Source: Candidatus Yonathbacteria bacterium RIFCSPLOWO2_01_FULL_47_33b (GTDB lineage: Bacteria; Patescibacteriota; Minisyncoccia; Phycocordibacterales; UBA1550). Taken from it: a stretch of 64,000 nt of DNA. This document shows positions 28,401 to 36,965 of the stretch, piece by piece (within the stretch, counting starts at the first letter, position 1; every line of letters begins with the position of its first letter). The stretch covers positions 2,099 to 66,098 of the forward strand of contig MHUW01000016.1 of assembly GCA_001823575.1 (NCBI GenBank), read 5' to 3'. Made by a program: the position numbers and the translations under genes. The notes below the pieces were generated by a model that was not told the origin of the DNA, did no database searches, and worked only from the letters and a program-made list of their open reading frames with translations.

Positions 28401-28800
28401 GGTAAAGGGCATTGTTGTCGGCCACTGCTTGGGTTTTGCCTCTCGCAATCTCGTTTAAAAGTTCACTACGGAGAGCGGTAATCTGAGTTTCAAGGTCAGC
28501 GGCTGTAATACCGGAAAGAACGCGTGTGTTTGTCGTAGGAGCAGGAGTAACGACGACTTGAGCCGTAGGTCGAGTAGGTGTCATCGACTTGGGAGTCGAA
28601 CTCCCAAGTGATGCTGGCTGTGGTGCGCGTGCTTGCGGAGTTACGGGAAGGGTTGTCGCTGGTTGAACTGGAACAAAGTCCCGACCTTCGGGAGTACCCG
28701 CAAGATCGGGACTTTCAGATGTAGGTGTATTAAAAAGATTATTCCAGAAATCTTGTACCGCGGTGTACACCGAGGCAGCTTGTGTTCGCAATGGAGACAA
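25483..28800 (-). CDS. Giant surface protein with phage tail-fibre-like architecture: P/T-rich linker, GxGTTSPxAxLSV tail-fibre motifs (x2), beta-helix-like repeats, peptidase S74/intramolecular-chaperone domain, C-terminal Ig-like (DUF5011-like) domain
   Basis: Repeated VGIGTTSPYAALSV and IGMGTTSPYAKLSV motifs. IAQDVARVLPGMV...VNYSMLPILTLQGLKELDLNLEGL matches the endosialidase-chaperone (S74) domain. C-terminal DGGPELDISQISLDTSVEGIHTIVYSVVDQNNATTTAERTVNV is Ig-like. The true N-terminus is probably the signal peptide beginning at 28919 (see findings). Confidence 0.75.
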   Translation of the reverse strand: MSPLRTQAASVYTAVQDFWNNLFNTPTSESPDLAGTPEGRDFVPVQPATTLPVTPQARAPQPASLGSSTPKSMTPTRPTAQVVVTPAPTTNTRVLSGITAADLETQITALRSELLNEIARGKTQAVADNNALYLAMAPMNRINNLSSVTLSSPTITGASITGTTIAGYLPTAGGSMSGDLVGSTGSFTTLGVGTTTPSDTFAVNGVTYLADVSAPSVTTNRLYSNSGNLYWAGSVIGGSVGSWTLSGSDVYRATGKVGIGTTSPYAALSVVGETVSSYFTGTSVSTSTFSGGIQISSGCFQDANGTCVGATAANTLTVGTGGRFATIQDALDYISARDTYTTVTNTGITCTLTSGSNRVVCSANADVRSGDLLYVTNDAMVALDGVGGENTTHNYPILRTDAAITPENITLATGIFGASQSNVPLVIRRPVRYRIVLLDAETPLGLDVGLPEGADITIDGQNNHIVGTTDTLPAMNGALAIPLFGYFSIMNVVSHVRLINGDSDTYLWPNQDDGLSFLRLKNIEWRSSNSIIFDNGSLSGIVASDIVVKGEVEHALRLFGDYVRVDNLSIDNDGYNEALFVYMNSYSTGGNTHKKILNNISVRHGIGPNPTKGAIVIGAGGSIGDYEINNLSLIDENSSGTGRGIDVSTANVVIRNGNINHTSGTYGVDLNMTADSVVRLYNVTRMDGTSISRTVAAGGQLFDNNTPSLIESSGRIGMGTTSPYAKLSVHAYNGENNTTLFAIASSTASATTTLFTIRNTGNVGIGTAAPAKSLQVVGDIRVGTSGTNGCVENFAGTALTGVCSSDATLKTNIQPMGSVLADLTKLTPSTFYWNDIAGNELHNSTTTLNYGLIAQDVARVLPGMVATTSNGYLGVNYSMLPILTLQGLKELDLNLEGLASTTTAMTDTTGGKTFAGRFFDRMTGWLADTANGIGEVVARVFRGKEFHAEEKICVGQSGNETCITKDQLDLLLSGNTTVSGILTTEITTATTTPIIIFINGNNPATLSIGDIYGDLGALITAPESAKNFGIKASLDGGPELDISQISLDTSVEGIHTIVYSVVDQNNATTTAERTVNVVSSAPLVVAPSDTATSTGATTIPDQKTN

Positions 28801-28862
28801 AAGTCTGCTTTGCGCAGGTGTAGGAGTTTCTGCTGCAAAACTTACGGGAGACTTATAGAGTA

Positions 28863-28871
28863 CCCCCCCCC
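28863..28871. repeat. Homopolymeric C9 (G9 on the coding strand) tract within the 5' end of the tail-fibre-like gene
   Basis: Nine consecutive C read directly. One extra base (10) would fuse MNPRRVIFVLTLSLILGGG (ATG 28917-28919) in frame with the 1105-aa ORF. Confidence 0.7.
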
Positions 28872-28948
28872 GAGGATGAGTGACAACGTAAGGACAAAAA
28901 TAACTCTGCGAGGGTTCATATATATGAGTATACTAAATGCGTATGACG

Positions 28949-28977
28949 GGTGCAAGAAAAATTATTTTTTGCACCCA
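28949..28977 (-). terminator. Hairpin gggtgcaa-gaaaaattatttt-ttgcaccc downstream of pgi
   Basis: 8-bp stem with an A/T-rich loop and flanks, ~100 nt after the pgi stop. Confidence 0.4.
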
Positions 28978-29075
28978 TCTACGTAACCCTCCTTTCTTGT
29001 TTCTCGCTAACACGTATTCTAAGTCATGACTACAAATAGGTTACGAAAAGGATACATCTCATAGCCATAGTAATA

Positions 29076-30413
29076 TTACTTCCCCCCTAGGATGCGGCGC
29101 GTTGCTTCCTTGTAGGTCTCCACATTCGGCTGATCAAAAGCGTTGATGTTAAGGAGGTTTGCCAAATGCATCACCATACACATTTCGAACTGAAGGAGCG
29201 CACCGAGTGACTCGAGAGTGAGGTCAGGGAGCTCTATTTCGGCAAACTGCACGCCGCGAGTACGGTATGCCTCTTTTACGCCCTCGTAGATTGCGTCCAT
29301 AATATGGCATGGGGCGCGCCCAGCAAGACCGGGAACAAGGGGCGCAAATACACGATCAGAAGCGAGGAATTCATGCTCCCAATGTGGCGCATTTACTCGT
29401 ACGAGCGTCCGAGCAACAAGAGATGGAAATGCGAGATGCATTTGTTCCGCCGAATGGAGGTCTGTTGAACCGATAGACACCGTAGGTATCATGCGGTGCG
29501 TTGTTGAGGTGCCGTTCTTGGCGGTTTCCTTGCCGAGTGATTCCGCAAAAAGCTGTCGGTACCATTTTCCTAAACTTTCAAACTCTGGTTGAAACAAAAA
29601 CATGTCGAAGACAAGGGCACCGTTTTCGTTCCATGCGAGCACATCTTCAGCGGCACGATATGCGTTACTTTCCACACCACGCTCCACAGAGTCATGCACC
29701 GCCTCTTGTGCACCTTTGAGCATGCGGTCGACTTCGAGCCCCACACAGAGAAGCGGGAAAATACCGACAGGTGAGAAAACTGAATAGCGCCCTCCCACCA
29801 TTTTAGGTATCGGCAAGAGATGAAACCCCTGCTTCTCCCCTGTTTGCCACAGCACCGACCCTTCGTCCGTAATACAGACAATACGGGAAGAAAGCGAGCC
29901 AAGTTTTTGTTCGAGGGCCGTGATTAAAACCGATGCGTTGACGATGGTTTCAGTCGTTGTACCCGACTTGCTTGCTACCACAATAATAAGTTCTTCGGGT
30001 GAAATGATTTCATTTACCAAAATCTCGGTGATGTCAGAGAGGATTTCTGGGGAACACGTATCAGCAAAAAGCATTTTGGGAGCAAACGGGCTGTGAGCAT
30101 CAAGCGTGCCGAAGATCGCTTCGTATACCGCTTTGGTACCCAAATTAGAACCTCCGATACCAATAGTGACCACGTAGTTAAGTTTTGGGCCAGCAAGCTT
30201 TGCCGCCAAGACCCGCGACTTTTCATACAGCACACTATCAAACGGTAGCCGGAGCGACGCTTCGGGAAGCTTGTAAGAACTGTCGCTCATCGCCGCCCGC
30301 ATCGTGGCAGCATACTCCGTTGCTCGGGCGTGGCCTGCCTGAGCGTTGCTCGCAGTCAGGTCACTTACACCCTGTTCCCCACGGTCATTTTTTGCAGAAC
30401 TTTGGTATTTCAT
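29076..30413 (-). CDS. pgi: Glucose-6-phosphate isomerase
   Basis: IGIGGSNLG and SKSGTTTET signatures and GGRYSVFSPVG. Start uncertain (30413 MKYQ or 30473). Confidence 0.85.
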   Translation of the reverse strand: MKYQSSAKNDRGEQGVSDLTASNAQAGHARATEYAATMRAAMSDSSYKLPEASLRLPFDSVLYEKSRVLAAKLAGPKLNYVVTIGIGGSNLGTKAVYEAIFGTLDAHSPFAPKMLFADTCSPEILSDITEILVNEIISPEELIIVVASKSGTTTETIVNASVLITALEQKLGSLSSRIVCITDEGSVLWQTGEKQGFHLLPIPKMVGGRYSVFSPVGIFPLLCVGLEVDRMLKGAQEAVHDSVERGVESNAYRAAEDVLAWNENGALVFDMFLFQPEFESLGKWYRQLFAESLGKETAKNGTSTTHRMIPTVSIGSTDLHSAEQMHLAFPSLVARTLVRVNAPHWEHEFLASDRVFAPLVPGLAGRAPCHIMDAIYEGVKEAYRTRGVQFAEIELPDLTLESLGALLQFEMCMVMHLANLLNINAFDQPNVETYKEATRRILGGK

Positions 30414-30478
30414 TCTTCTATTGTACACGAGAACGAATACTTCCCAAACACCACAAACTTTGCTACCATACACGTATT

Positions 30479-31132
30479 ATGGATACACAAAAAAGAATCA
30501 TTGTTTGGGTTTCGGCAGTTTTGGTTATTGGCATTACCGCCGTCGCGGCATGGCAGATTGCGAAAGGCCCAAAGACACCAGTAGTGCGCGCAGGAACCCT
30601 CACGGAGGTGGTTTCGGAAAGCGACTGGACAAAGGGCGCAACGAGCGAATCCAAAAAGGCGGAACTCGTTGAGTATAGTGATTTCCAGTGCCCTGCATGT
30701 GGTATGTTCTACCCAATACTTGAAGAAATAGCGGCGAGCCACAAAGACACCCTCTCATTCACCTATCGCCACTTCCCTCTCCCTCAGCACAAAAACGCTC
30801 TTGCCGCAGCCTATGCGACAGAGGCAGCCGGACTACAAGGTAAGTTCTGGGAAATGCACGCAAAAATATTCGAGAGTCAGGACGAGTGGTCTGAGACCGA
30901 CACCGCGGAGGCAACCTTTGAAAAATTTGCGACCGAGCTTGAGCTCGACATGGCGCGCTTTACAACTGACCGTGATTCACAAACAACCAAGGATGCTGTC
31001 GAGTATGACAAAGAGACTGGACTAAAGTCTGGCGTTAACTCAACACCCTCGTTCTACTTGAACGGAAAGAAGATGGCACAGCCAAAAAGCGCAGAAGAAT
31101 TCAAGGCAACCATTGAAGCTGCTCTTAAATAA
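30479..31132 (+). CDS. DsbA-family thiol:disulfide oxidoreductase (thioredoxin fold, membrane-anchored)
   Basis: N-terminal TM anchor. Active site CPAC in the FQCPACGMFYP context. Start at MDTQKRIIVW (30479); the ORF track's longer 30185 start overlaps pgi and was rejected. Confidence 0.8.
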   Translation: MDTQKRIIVWVSAVLVIGITAVAAWQIAKGPKTPVVRAGTLTEVVSESDWTKGATSESKKAELVEYSDFQCPACGMFYPILEEIAASHKDTLSFTYRHFPLPQHKNALAAAYATEAAGLQGKFWEMHAKIFESQDEWSETDTAEATFEKFATELELDMARFTTDRDSQTTKDAVEYDKETGLKSGVNSTPSFYLNGKKMAQPKSAEEFKATIEAALK

Positions 31133-31133
31133 A

Positions 31134-31583
31134 ATGAACAAAGTTCTTCCTACATCCCTCATTGTCGTAGTCATCATACTCGCCCTCGTCGGGTTCGCTG
31201 ATTCGACGTTCCTCCTTGCCAAGCGCTTGTCTGGCGGGCCAATCCCCTGCGTCCTCGGCTTTACGGGATGCGACACCGTATCAAAGTCTCCCTACTCGGT
31301 ACTCTTTGGCATTCCTCTCTCCGCATACGGTATGGTGTTTTATCTCGGTATCGGCATTCTCGGGCTTTTGTATCTCGACACCAAGAAAGCGCTCTTCGCG
31401 CGCCTTCTCCTCCCCGCAACCGCACTCGGTTTTGCAATGTCCGCGTACTTCATCTACGTGCAAAAGTTTCTCATCAAAGCTTTTTGTGTGTACTGCATCC
31501 TCTCCGCAATCATTTCAACGATGTTGTTTTGTTTGGGGGTAATAATCCACAGGAAACTAAAGGCTTCAGCTGCTCAGCAATAG
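31134..31583 (+). CDS. Vitamin K epoxide reductase (VKOR) family protein
   Basis: 4-5 TM protein with loop cysteines PCVLGFTGC and TM CxxC (CVYC). Start 2 nt after the dsbA-like stop. Confidence 0.75.
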   Translation: MNKVLPTSLIVVVIILALVGFADSTFLLAKRLSGGPIPCVLGFTGCDTVSKSPYSVLFGIPLSAYGMVFYLGIGILGLLYLDTKKALFARLLLPATALGFAMSAYFIYVQKFLIKAFCVYCILSAIISTMLFCLGVIIHRKLKASAAQQ

Positions 31584-31646
31584 GGCGCACTATAAAAAAT
31601 ACCCCACTTGTAAAAAAGTGGGGTATTAAGGTTACAACGAAGGAGA

Positions 31647-32855
31647 CTAGTACAACTGGTTCCAATCAACCCACTTCCATGCTGTCCACTGACCAAGATC
31701 GGGGTCGTAGTAACTCGTATTTCGTATTAAACGATTTGCTTTGTATGTGATTTGATTCACATACGCAATACGACCATCAGCAAGCTGAAAGGCCATTTTG
31801 TGAAGATCCCATGCTGGATCCCAATTTGGGTCGTACTCGTATGGATTGCTTACATCCATTTTTACGTACACAAACCGAGCATCGTTTTCCACAGCATGGA
31901 GCATATCGATTCGGGCACGATCCTTTTGAAAGTTATTGCGCGGCACCAAAATGTGATACGTCACCCCTGCGAGTAACGGCTTGAAACCATACTGCTTGCC
32001 GTTCTCAAAAAAGTTGGCATCAACATCAAGGTAGTAGTACCAAGACCCGGCGCTATCAAAGATAACTCCTTCCGCGTCTATCCATCCGGCGGCGATAGCT
32101 TGCTTGAGCGTTTTCTTTTGACCCTGGTATTCGACATACGTCGTAGAGGACGGCGCATTCCCTGTCATGGTAAAAGTATACCAGAAACCATCGGCAGGGA
32201 GCGTGTAGTCCACGGAATCGCGACGGTCGTCCACAATTAGCGATGGTGCACGATACTGCAGCGCTTGACTTTTGATAAGAGGATTTTGGTATGGGTTAGT
32301 CGTAAGGGGAATATTGAGGTCCCACTGAGCCTCCCAGTGTAGGTGCGGAATCCAACCACCCGTACCGCCAATATACGCCACTGGCTGCCCTTGGGTAACA
32401 ATACTCCCTGAATTGGGAACTCCTGATGTCCAAGTAATCCCCGTCGCAAAGCCATTCAAGTGAAGGTACGCGCTGTCAAACGTTACCAGCCCACCCGCTT
32501 CTTTTGCGTATGGGAAAGAATAACGAATATAAAGTTGCTTACCTTTTGTAGAGTCATCAACGGCATCAAGGTACGTCACCTGTCCATCAGCAATAGCGAC
32601 TAGTGGGGCATCGAGATCAGTACTGCCACCACATACACCATTCCAGTCTTCACCAAGATGATATTTGGTGAAATCGGGATTCAGCTGCATGTGATATTGA
32701 TCCTGTTTGTACCCGTTCCCTTGGCCACACGCGGGTGTCCACACTTCATTTTCATTGTACGGTGGTTGAAATTTCCCAGCCGTACCAGCAAGTGCCGCGG
32801 AGCAACCCAGTGCGAGTACCATACACACCGTTAGTACCGAACTTTTAACGTCCAT
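31647..32855 (-). CDS. Secreted M23-family (LytM/lysostaphin-like) metallopeptidase domain protein with additional C-terminal domain
   Basis: Signal peptide. HxxxD (YHLGEDW) and HxH (PHLHWE) motifs characteristic of M23 peptidases. Confidence 0.55.
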   Translation of the reverse strand: MDVKSSVLTVCMVLALGCSAALAGTAGKFQPPYNENEVWTPACGQGNGYKQDQYHMQLNPDFTKYHLGEDWNGVCGGSTDLDAPLVAIADGQVTYLDAVDDSTKGKQLYIRYSFPYAKEAGGLVTFDSAYLHLNGFATGITWTSGVPNSGSIVTQGQPVAYIGGTGGWIPHLHWEAQWDLNIPLTTNPYQNPLIKSQALQYRAPSLIVDDRRDSVDYTLPADGFWYTFTMTGNAPSSTTYVEYQGQKKTLKQAIAAGWIDAEGVIFDSAGSWYYYLDVDANFFENGKQYGFKPLLAGVTYHILVPRNNFQKDRARIDMLHAVENDARFVYVKMDVSNPYEYDPNWDPAWDLHKMAFQLADGRIAYVNQITYKANRLIRNTSYYDPDLGQWTAWKWVDWNQLY

Positions 32856-32955
32856 TTGAAACCTCCTTCGTAATTTGAAAAGAACAAAATCGGTTGCCTG
32901 TCAACCGATTTTTGTATCATAGCACAGTAACGTTTTTTTTTGCAACCTTTGGTTA

Positions 32956-33546
32956 TCAAATAAGTTTAAAAGAAAGGAGGATTTGTTCTAATACTTCATA
33001 GTAATCACCTGGTACCGTAGACATACGGTAATCAAGCACATGAAACATATACGAATTATCCCCCGCAAAATTTCCGAGCACTGTAGTTGTTGCAATAAAA
33101 CCACCAGCAGCACGAACTACATATCCATTTGCATTATTGGTTATAATTTTTTTATAGTTTGATGATTCTTTTATTTTGGAAATATAATCATTTACCGGTG
33201 TTTCTTTTATAAAAATATAAATACCGTTATCATCCCCATGGAAAGGTCTCTGGTCGTAAATTGCGACAAACCCACGATCATCTTCTCCAGAAGTTACCCC
33301 ACCGGAGACTTTCCATCCCTCCGGATACTTCACCTCAAAACCAAATTCTTCACTTCGGTATGTCTCCCAATCAGAAGTATCTAGAGTGTTGTTAGGGAAG
33401 GTAAGTTGCGAAAGTGTCTCTTCTGGTGCAATTTTAATAACCTCGTTAGGGAGCCTGGGAACTCGCTGTTTTTGAAAAACAAAGAACACGCTGACAACAA
33501 GGGCCATGGCGACCAAGATGTACATTATTCTATTCTTTGTTGTCAT
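32956..33546 (-). CDS. Hypothetical membrane-anchored protein
   Basis: N-terminal TM (ILVAMALVVSVFFVF). No family recognised. Confidence 0.4.
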   Translation of the reverse strand: MTTKNRIMYILVAMALVVSVFFVFQKQRVPRLPNEVIKIAPEETLSQLTFPNNTLDTSDWETYRSEEFGFEVKYPEGWKVSGGVTSGEDDRGFVAIYDQRPFHGDDNGIYIFIKETPVNDYISKIKESSNYKKIITNNANGYVVRAAGGFIATTTVLGNFAGDNSYMFHVLDYRMSTVPGDYYEVLEQILLSFKLI

Positions 33547-33603
33547 CTTTTAAACACTAGCATGTGTTATGGTGTTCACGCAAATAAGATCTAGCGCCCT
33601 AAC

Positions 33604-34218
33604 CTAGAACCCCAGTTTTTCTTTCACGAAAATAACGGTAAGGTGACGGTTCGGCATTATTTCGCGCTCGATAACAAGTACGCGGCCAATCGTGCTTCCC
33701 GGATACCCTGCGTTCTGCATCCGTTTATTCTCAAGAGGAAATACATAATCCTCAATGCGCCTGAACGCTGCTTCGCGGTCGGGAACAATTTTTTGCGCAC
33801 CCACAACCCAGATGACATTGTCTGATGAAAACGCATAGCTCGGAATCTGACTTCCTGACGCCGAAGCGTCCAATAACTGTCCTGCCTCCGTCACCGCATG
33901 TACACTCCCGAGGAAGTAGTCTGCAAGCACGGACTCTTTGCGGAGACGCTCTTGTTTCGCCGAGTCTTTTTCCTTCAAAATCTCTTCGTGCACGTTGTTC
34001 CATTCATGCGTCCCTTCTTTGAGGTAGCCGACGAAGCCAATCTCTTGAAGTGTTGTTGAGGAACCATTCATCACCGACGCTCCGGCAGGAATGAGGCTCT
34101 TTATTTTCTCGAGCGCCTCTGCACGCGTATCCACCACGACCGCGTTGATGTTGCGCTCCTTGAGGGCGGCGATTACTTTTTCAATAGTTTCTTCTGATGC
34201 TAGATGTTCGTAGTTCAT
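33604..34218 (-). CDS. LUD-domain (LutC/YkgG-like) protein
   Basis: Pattern EKVIAALKERNINAVVVDTRAEALEKIKSLIPAGASVMNGSSTTLQEIG typical of LUD/DUF162. Start set at MNYEHLAS. Confidence 0.6.
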   Translation of the reverse strand: MNYEHLASEETIEKVIAALKERNINAVVVDTRAEALEKIKSLIPAGASVMNGSSTTLQEIGFVGYLKEGTHEWNNVHEEILKEKDSAKQERLRKESVLADYFLGSVHAVTEAGQLLDASASGSQIPSYAFSSDNVIWVVGAQKIVPDREAAFRRIEDYVFPLENKRMQNAGYPGSTIGRVLVIEREIMPNRHLTVIFVKEKLGF

Positions 34219-34225
34219 AATATTT

Positions 34226-35077
34226 TTACTTAGATTCAAATAAAGTCGGCTGCTCAACCTCGCGCATGTTGATGAAGATAACCAACGCAAAAACAAGAAG
34301 GGAGAGATATGCTGGCACAAAGAAGAATCCACTGATGTTGAAAATCGTTTTCAGAAACAGCCCCGGGATGACCGCATATATACTCATCTTGTACGCTCCG
34401 CTGTACGTAAGTGGCATCTTTCTTACTTTAGCAAGAAGGAACGGAATGAGCGCAAAAAGGAAAAGAGGTATAAGGTACACAACATACCCAAGGAATAACG
34501 AAACGAGGGTAGCCAAAATACCGAGCGGTACCAAGTATGGAAGCCCGGCCTGTATTTTTCCAACGAACGCAAGAAGTTTTGTCTGGTCAATGATCGTATC
34601 GGGAGTGTTGCGCAAACTCTGAATTGTTACATTACCTTTATTGTTTTGCGTTGCAACTTCTGTTTTGGTGAGCAAGATGAGTGTCTTGTGCTCTTCAAAC
34701 ATTTTCATATTGAAGTCATGCACCGTATCAATAACCAGCAAATTATCGAGATTATCTTCCTGGAGAATATCGCGAGTCACCCCGGACCCCACAACAACAA
34801 ACGGCTCGGCAATATTGGTTGATACTTCTCCTTTCTTTATCGTTACCACCATCTCTGTGGGGTAATACGATCTCACCAAAGAGGGCGCGCTGTCTCGTAT
34901 AAATCGCACTCCTCGTGGGGCCAAAATGATAGAAAAAGCAATGGTCGCCACAACCGCTAGAACAAATATGGCTTTTACATAATACCGAAGAGCGCTGCCC
35001 AACGATGCACTCGCGACCCCACGATAAAAATCGGGGTTATGTAAACTTTTTTTGAAGGTCTCGAAAATGGTTTTCAT
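34226..35077 (-). CDS. Hypothetical polytopic membrane protein (possibly DUF1189-like)
   Basis: N-terminal TM, central soluble region and C-terminal TM cluster. Family tentative. Confidence 0.35.
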   Translation of the reverse strand: MKTIFETFKKSLHNPDFYRGVASASLGSALRYYVKAIFVLAVVATIAFSIILAPRGVRFIRDSAPSLVRSYYPTEMVVTIKKGEVSTNIAEPFVVVGSGVTRDILQEDNLDNLLVIDTVHDFNMKMFEEHKTLILLTKTEVATQNNKGNVTIQSLRNTPDTIIDQTKLLAFVGKIQAGLPYLVPLGILATLVSLFLGYVVYLIPLFLFALIPFLLAKVRKMPLTYSGAYKMSIYAVIPGLFLKTIFNISGFFFVPAYLSLLVFALVIFINMREVEQPTLFESK

Positions 35078-35134
35078 GGGTATTTTAAATTATGGTTACT
35101 TCAAGTATATCAGGGTGTCCCCCCGATGCAACCA

Positions 35135-36328
35135 TTACGGACTATTCTGTGCTTCCCTTTTTCCGTTGGTGATAATTGTTGAAAGGAGGAGAACGCCGAC
35201 GACAACACACATACCCGCCACAACAAGTGCCGTAGGCGCACTAAAACGTTCCCAGAGATACCCGCCGCCGACACCGGCAACCATGAGGCCAAACCCCATC
35301 GTTGCATTCACGAGCCCGTATGCCCCTGCGCGATATTCTGGCGGTGAAAGCTCTGCCGCCAACGCGCGTGCTACCCCATCGGTAAGCGCCGGGAAAAGTC
35401 CGAGGACTAAAAATCCGAGGATGAGCGCAGGGGTACTTTTTGCAAATACGATTACCGTATACCCAACCAAGAGCACGAGGTAACCAATGCGTAACACTTT
35501 CCTCGGACCAATCTGGTCACTCAATCCTCCTGCGCGGAGAGAGAACCCTACGAACGAGAGGTTGTAGAGCATATAAAAAAGCGGGATTGATGCAATGGCG
35601 AGACCGATGTGTTGTGTGGAGAGCAAGAGAACCGCCACAGGCATACTCCCCATCGCAAGTAAAAAAAGTGCGATGAGATAACGCTTGAAATCCGCAGGGA
35701 ATACGGCAATCGATGCAAGAGTAATACCGTTTTTTTTGAGATCACCAACCGTGTCTTTTACAAACACGAGCGACGCAAGAGCGAGGAGCCCTATGATGAA
35801 TGCGACGATAAACACGGTATCAAATGCATTGGGGTTTGCACGCAAAATGAGGTACGCGACGAGCGGCCCACCGAGGGCGCCCAGTGTGTCCAACATACGA
35901 TGATACCCAAACGCTCGCCCGATCTCCTCTTTGGGTGTCGAGAGCGAGATGATGGCGTCGCGCGGTGCTTCGCGAAGACCCTTGCCAACACGGTCGGCAA
36001 AACGAAGCCCAAGCACCCCACCAACCGATGCCGTAAGGAGATACACGGGGCGTGTAACCACCGACAGCGCATACCCCACCACCATGAAAGGTTTTCTTTT
36101 TTGCGTCGCGTCAGAAAGTCGCCCCGCATAAATCTTAATGATGTTTGCGGCACCATCCGCAAACCCCTCCACGAGACCGAGCGACCCCGCCCCTGCTTTC
36201 AACACCGACGTAAAGAATGCGGGAAATATGGAAAGCACCATTTCAGACGAAAAGTCATTGAAAAAACTCGTGAGCCCAAGAAGGGTTACGTTACGCGACG
36301 GGCGATATTTCTTTACAGAATCAGGCAT
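35135..36328 (-). CDS. Major facilitator superfamily transporter
   Basis: 12-TM topology. MFS motif GRLSDATQKR between TM2 and TM3. Confidence 0.85.
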   Translation of the reverse strand: MPDSVKKYRPSRNVTLLGLTSFFNDFSSEMVLSIFPAFFTSVLKAGAGSLGLVEGFADGAANIIKIYAGRLSDATQKRKPFMVVGYALSVVTRPVYLLTASVGGVLGLRFADRVGKGLREAPRDAIISLSTPKEEIGRAFGYHRMLDTLGALGGPLVAYLILRANPNAFDTVFIVAFIIGLLALASLVFVKDTVGDLKKNGITLASIAVFPADFKRYLIALFLLAMGSMPVAVLLLSTQHIGLAIASIPLFYMLYNLSFVGFSLRAGGLSDQIGPRKVLRIGYLVLLVGYTVIVFAKSTPALILGFLVLGLFPALTDGVARALAAELSPPEYRAGAYGLVNATMGFGLMVAGVGGGYLWERFSAPTALVVAGMCVVVGVLLLSTIITNGKREAQNSP

Positions 36329-36336
36329 ACCGACGA

Positions 36337-36948
36337 TTATTGAGCCAGGTTCTTTTTAGGTTTACGTATCACAAAGAACAACACGATAGCAAGAAGCGCT
36401 CCCAACGTATCCATCGCCATATCCCTTTGCGCGTCCCAAATATCACCCTGACTGCCTAGGTATGCCGCACCCGCGAGAGGGTCGGCACTTGTGGCATACA
36501 ACCACTCAATGACTTCGTAACCCATTGCCACAAACGCAATAGCGAAGAGCGGATAGGTGAACAGGAGAAAACGATTCGTCACGAGACGTTTTACGAGGAG
36601 CCACTCCGCAACAGCAAACGCATAAAAGCCGACCGTGAAGTGTGCAATGCGGTCGTAGTGATTGCGCTCAAAACCAAAGAAGTTAGTGAACCAATCAAAA
36701 GGAACCTTGGCAAATGTGTAATGCCCACCGAGTGTGTGCATAAATATGAGCACCGCACCCAGTGCATAGGCAAGATTTGAAAAACGAACCCCGCGCACCC
36801 ACAAAACAACGAGTGTTCCTACAATAATCCACACGGTCGCATTCTCGGCAAACCATGTTGGGCGATCAATCGGGTTGAATGCGAGAATAGCAAAAAAAAT
36901 CACATAGAGACCCAGGAGTGTTGCGGGGAATGTTCCGTTTGACGACAT
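36337..36948 (-). CDS. DUF2238 (YjdF-like) membrane protein
   Basis: About 200 aa, 6 predicted TM helices. Similarity recalled, not searched. Confidence 0.45.
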   Translation of the reverse strand: MSSNGTFPATLLGLYVIFFAILAFNPIDRPTWFAENATVWIIVGTLVVLWVRGVRFSNLAYALGAVLIFMHTLGGHYTFAKVPFDWFTNFFGFERNHYDRIAHFTVGFYAFAVAEWLLVKRLVTNRFLLFTYPLFAIAFVAMGYEVIEWLYATSADPLAGAAYLGSQGDIWDAQRDMAMDTLGALLAIVLFFVIRKPKKNLAQ

Positions 36949-36965
36949 ATCCTTTATTGTATACC

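Noticed and set aside
30185-30478. Longer start for the DsbA-like ORF given in the ORF track
   Set aside because: It would overlap the pgi coding region on the opposite strand by ~290 nt and precede the TM anchor with a non-protein-like sequence. ATG at 30479 preferred.
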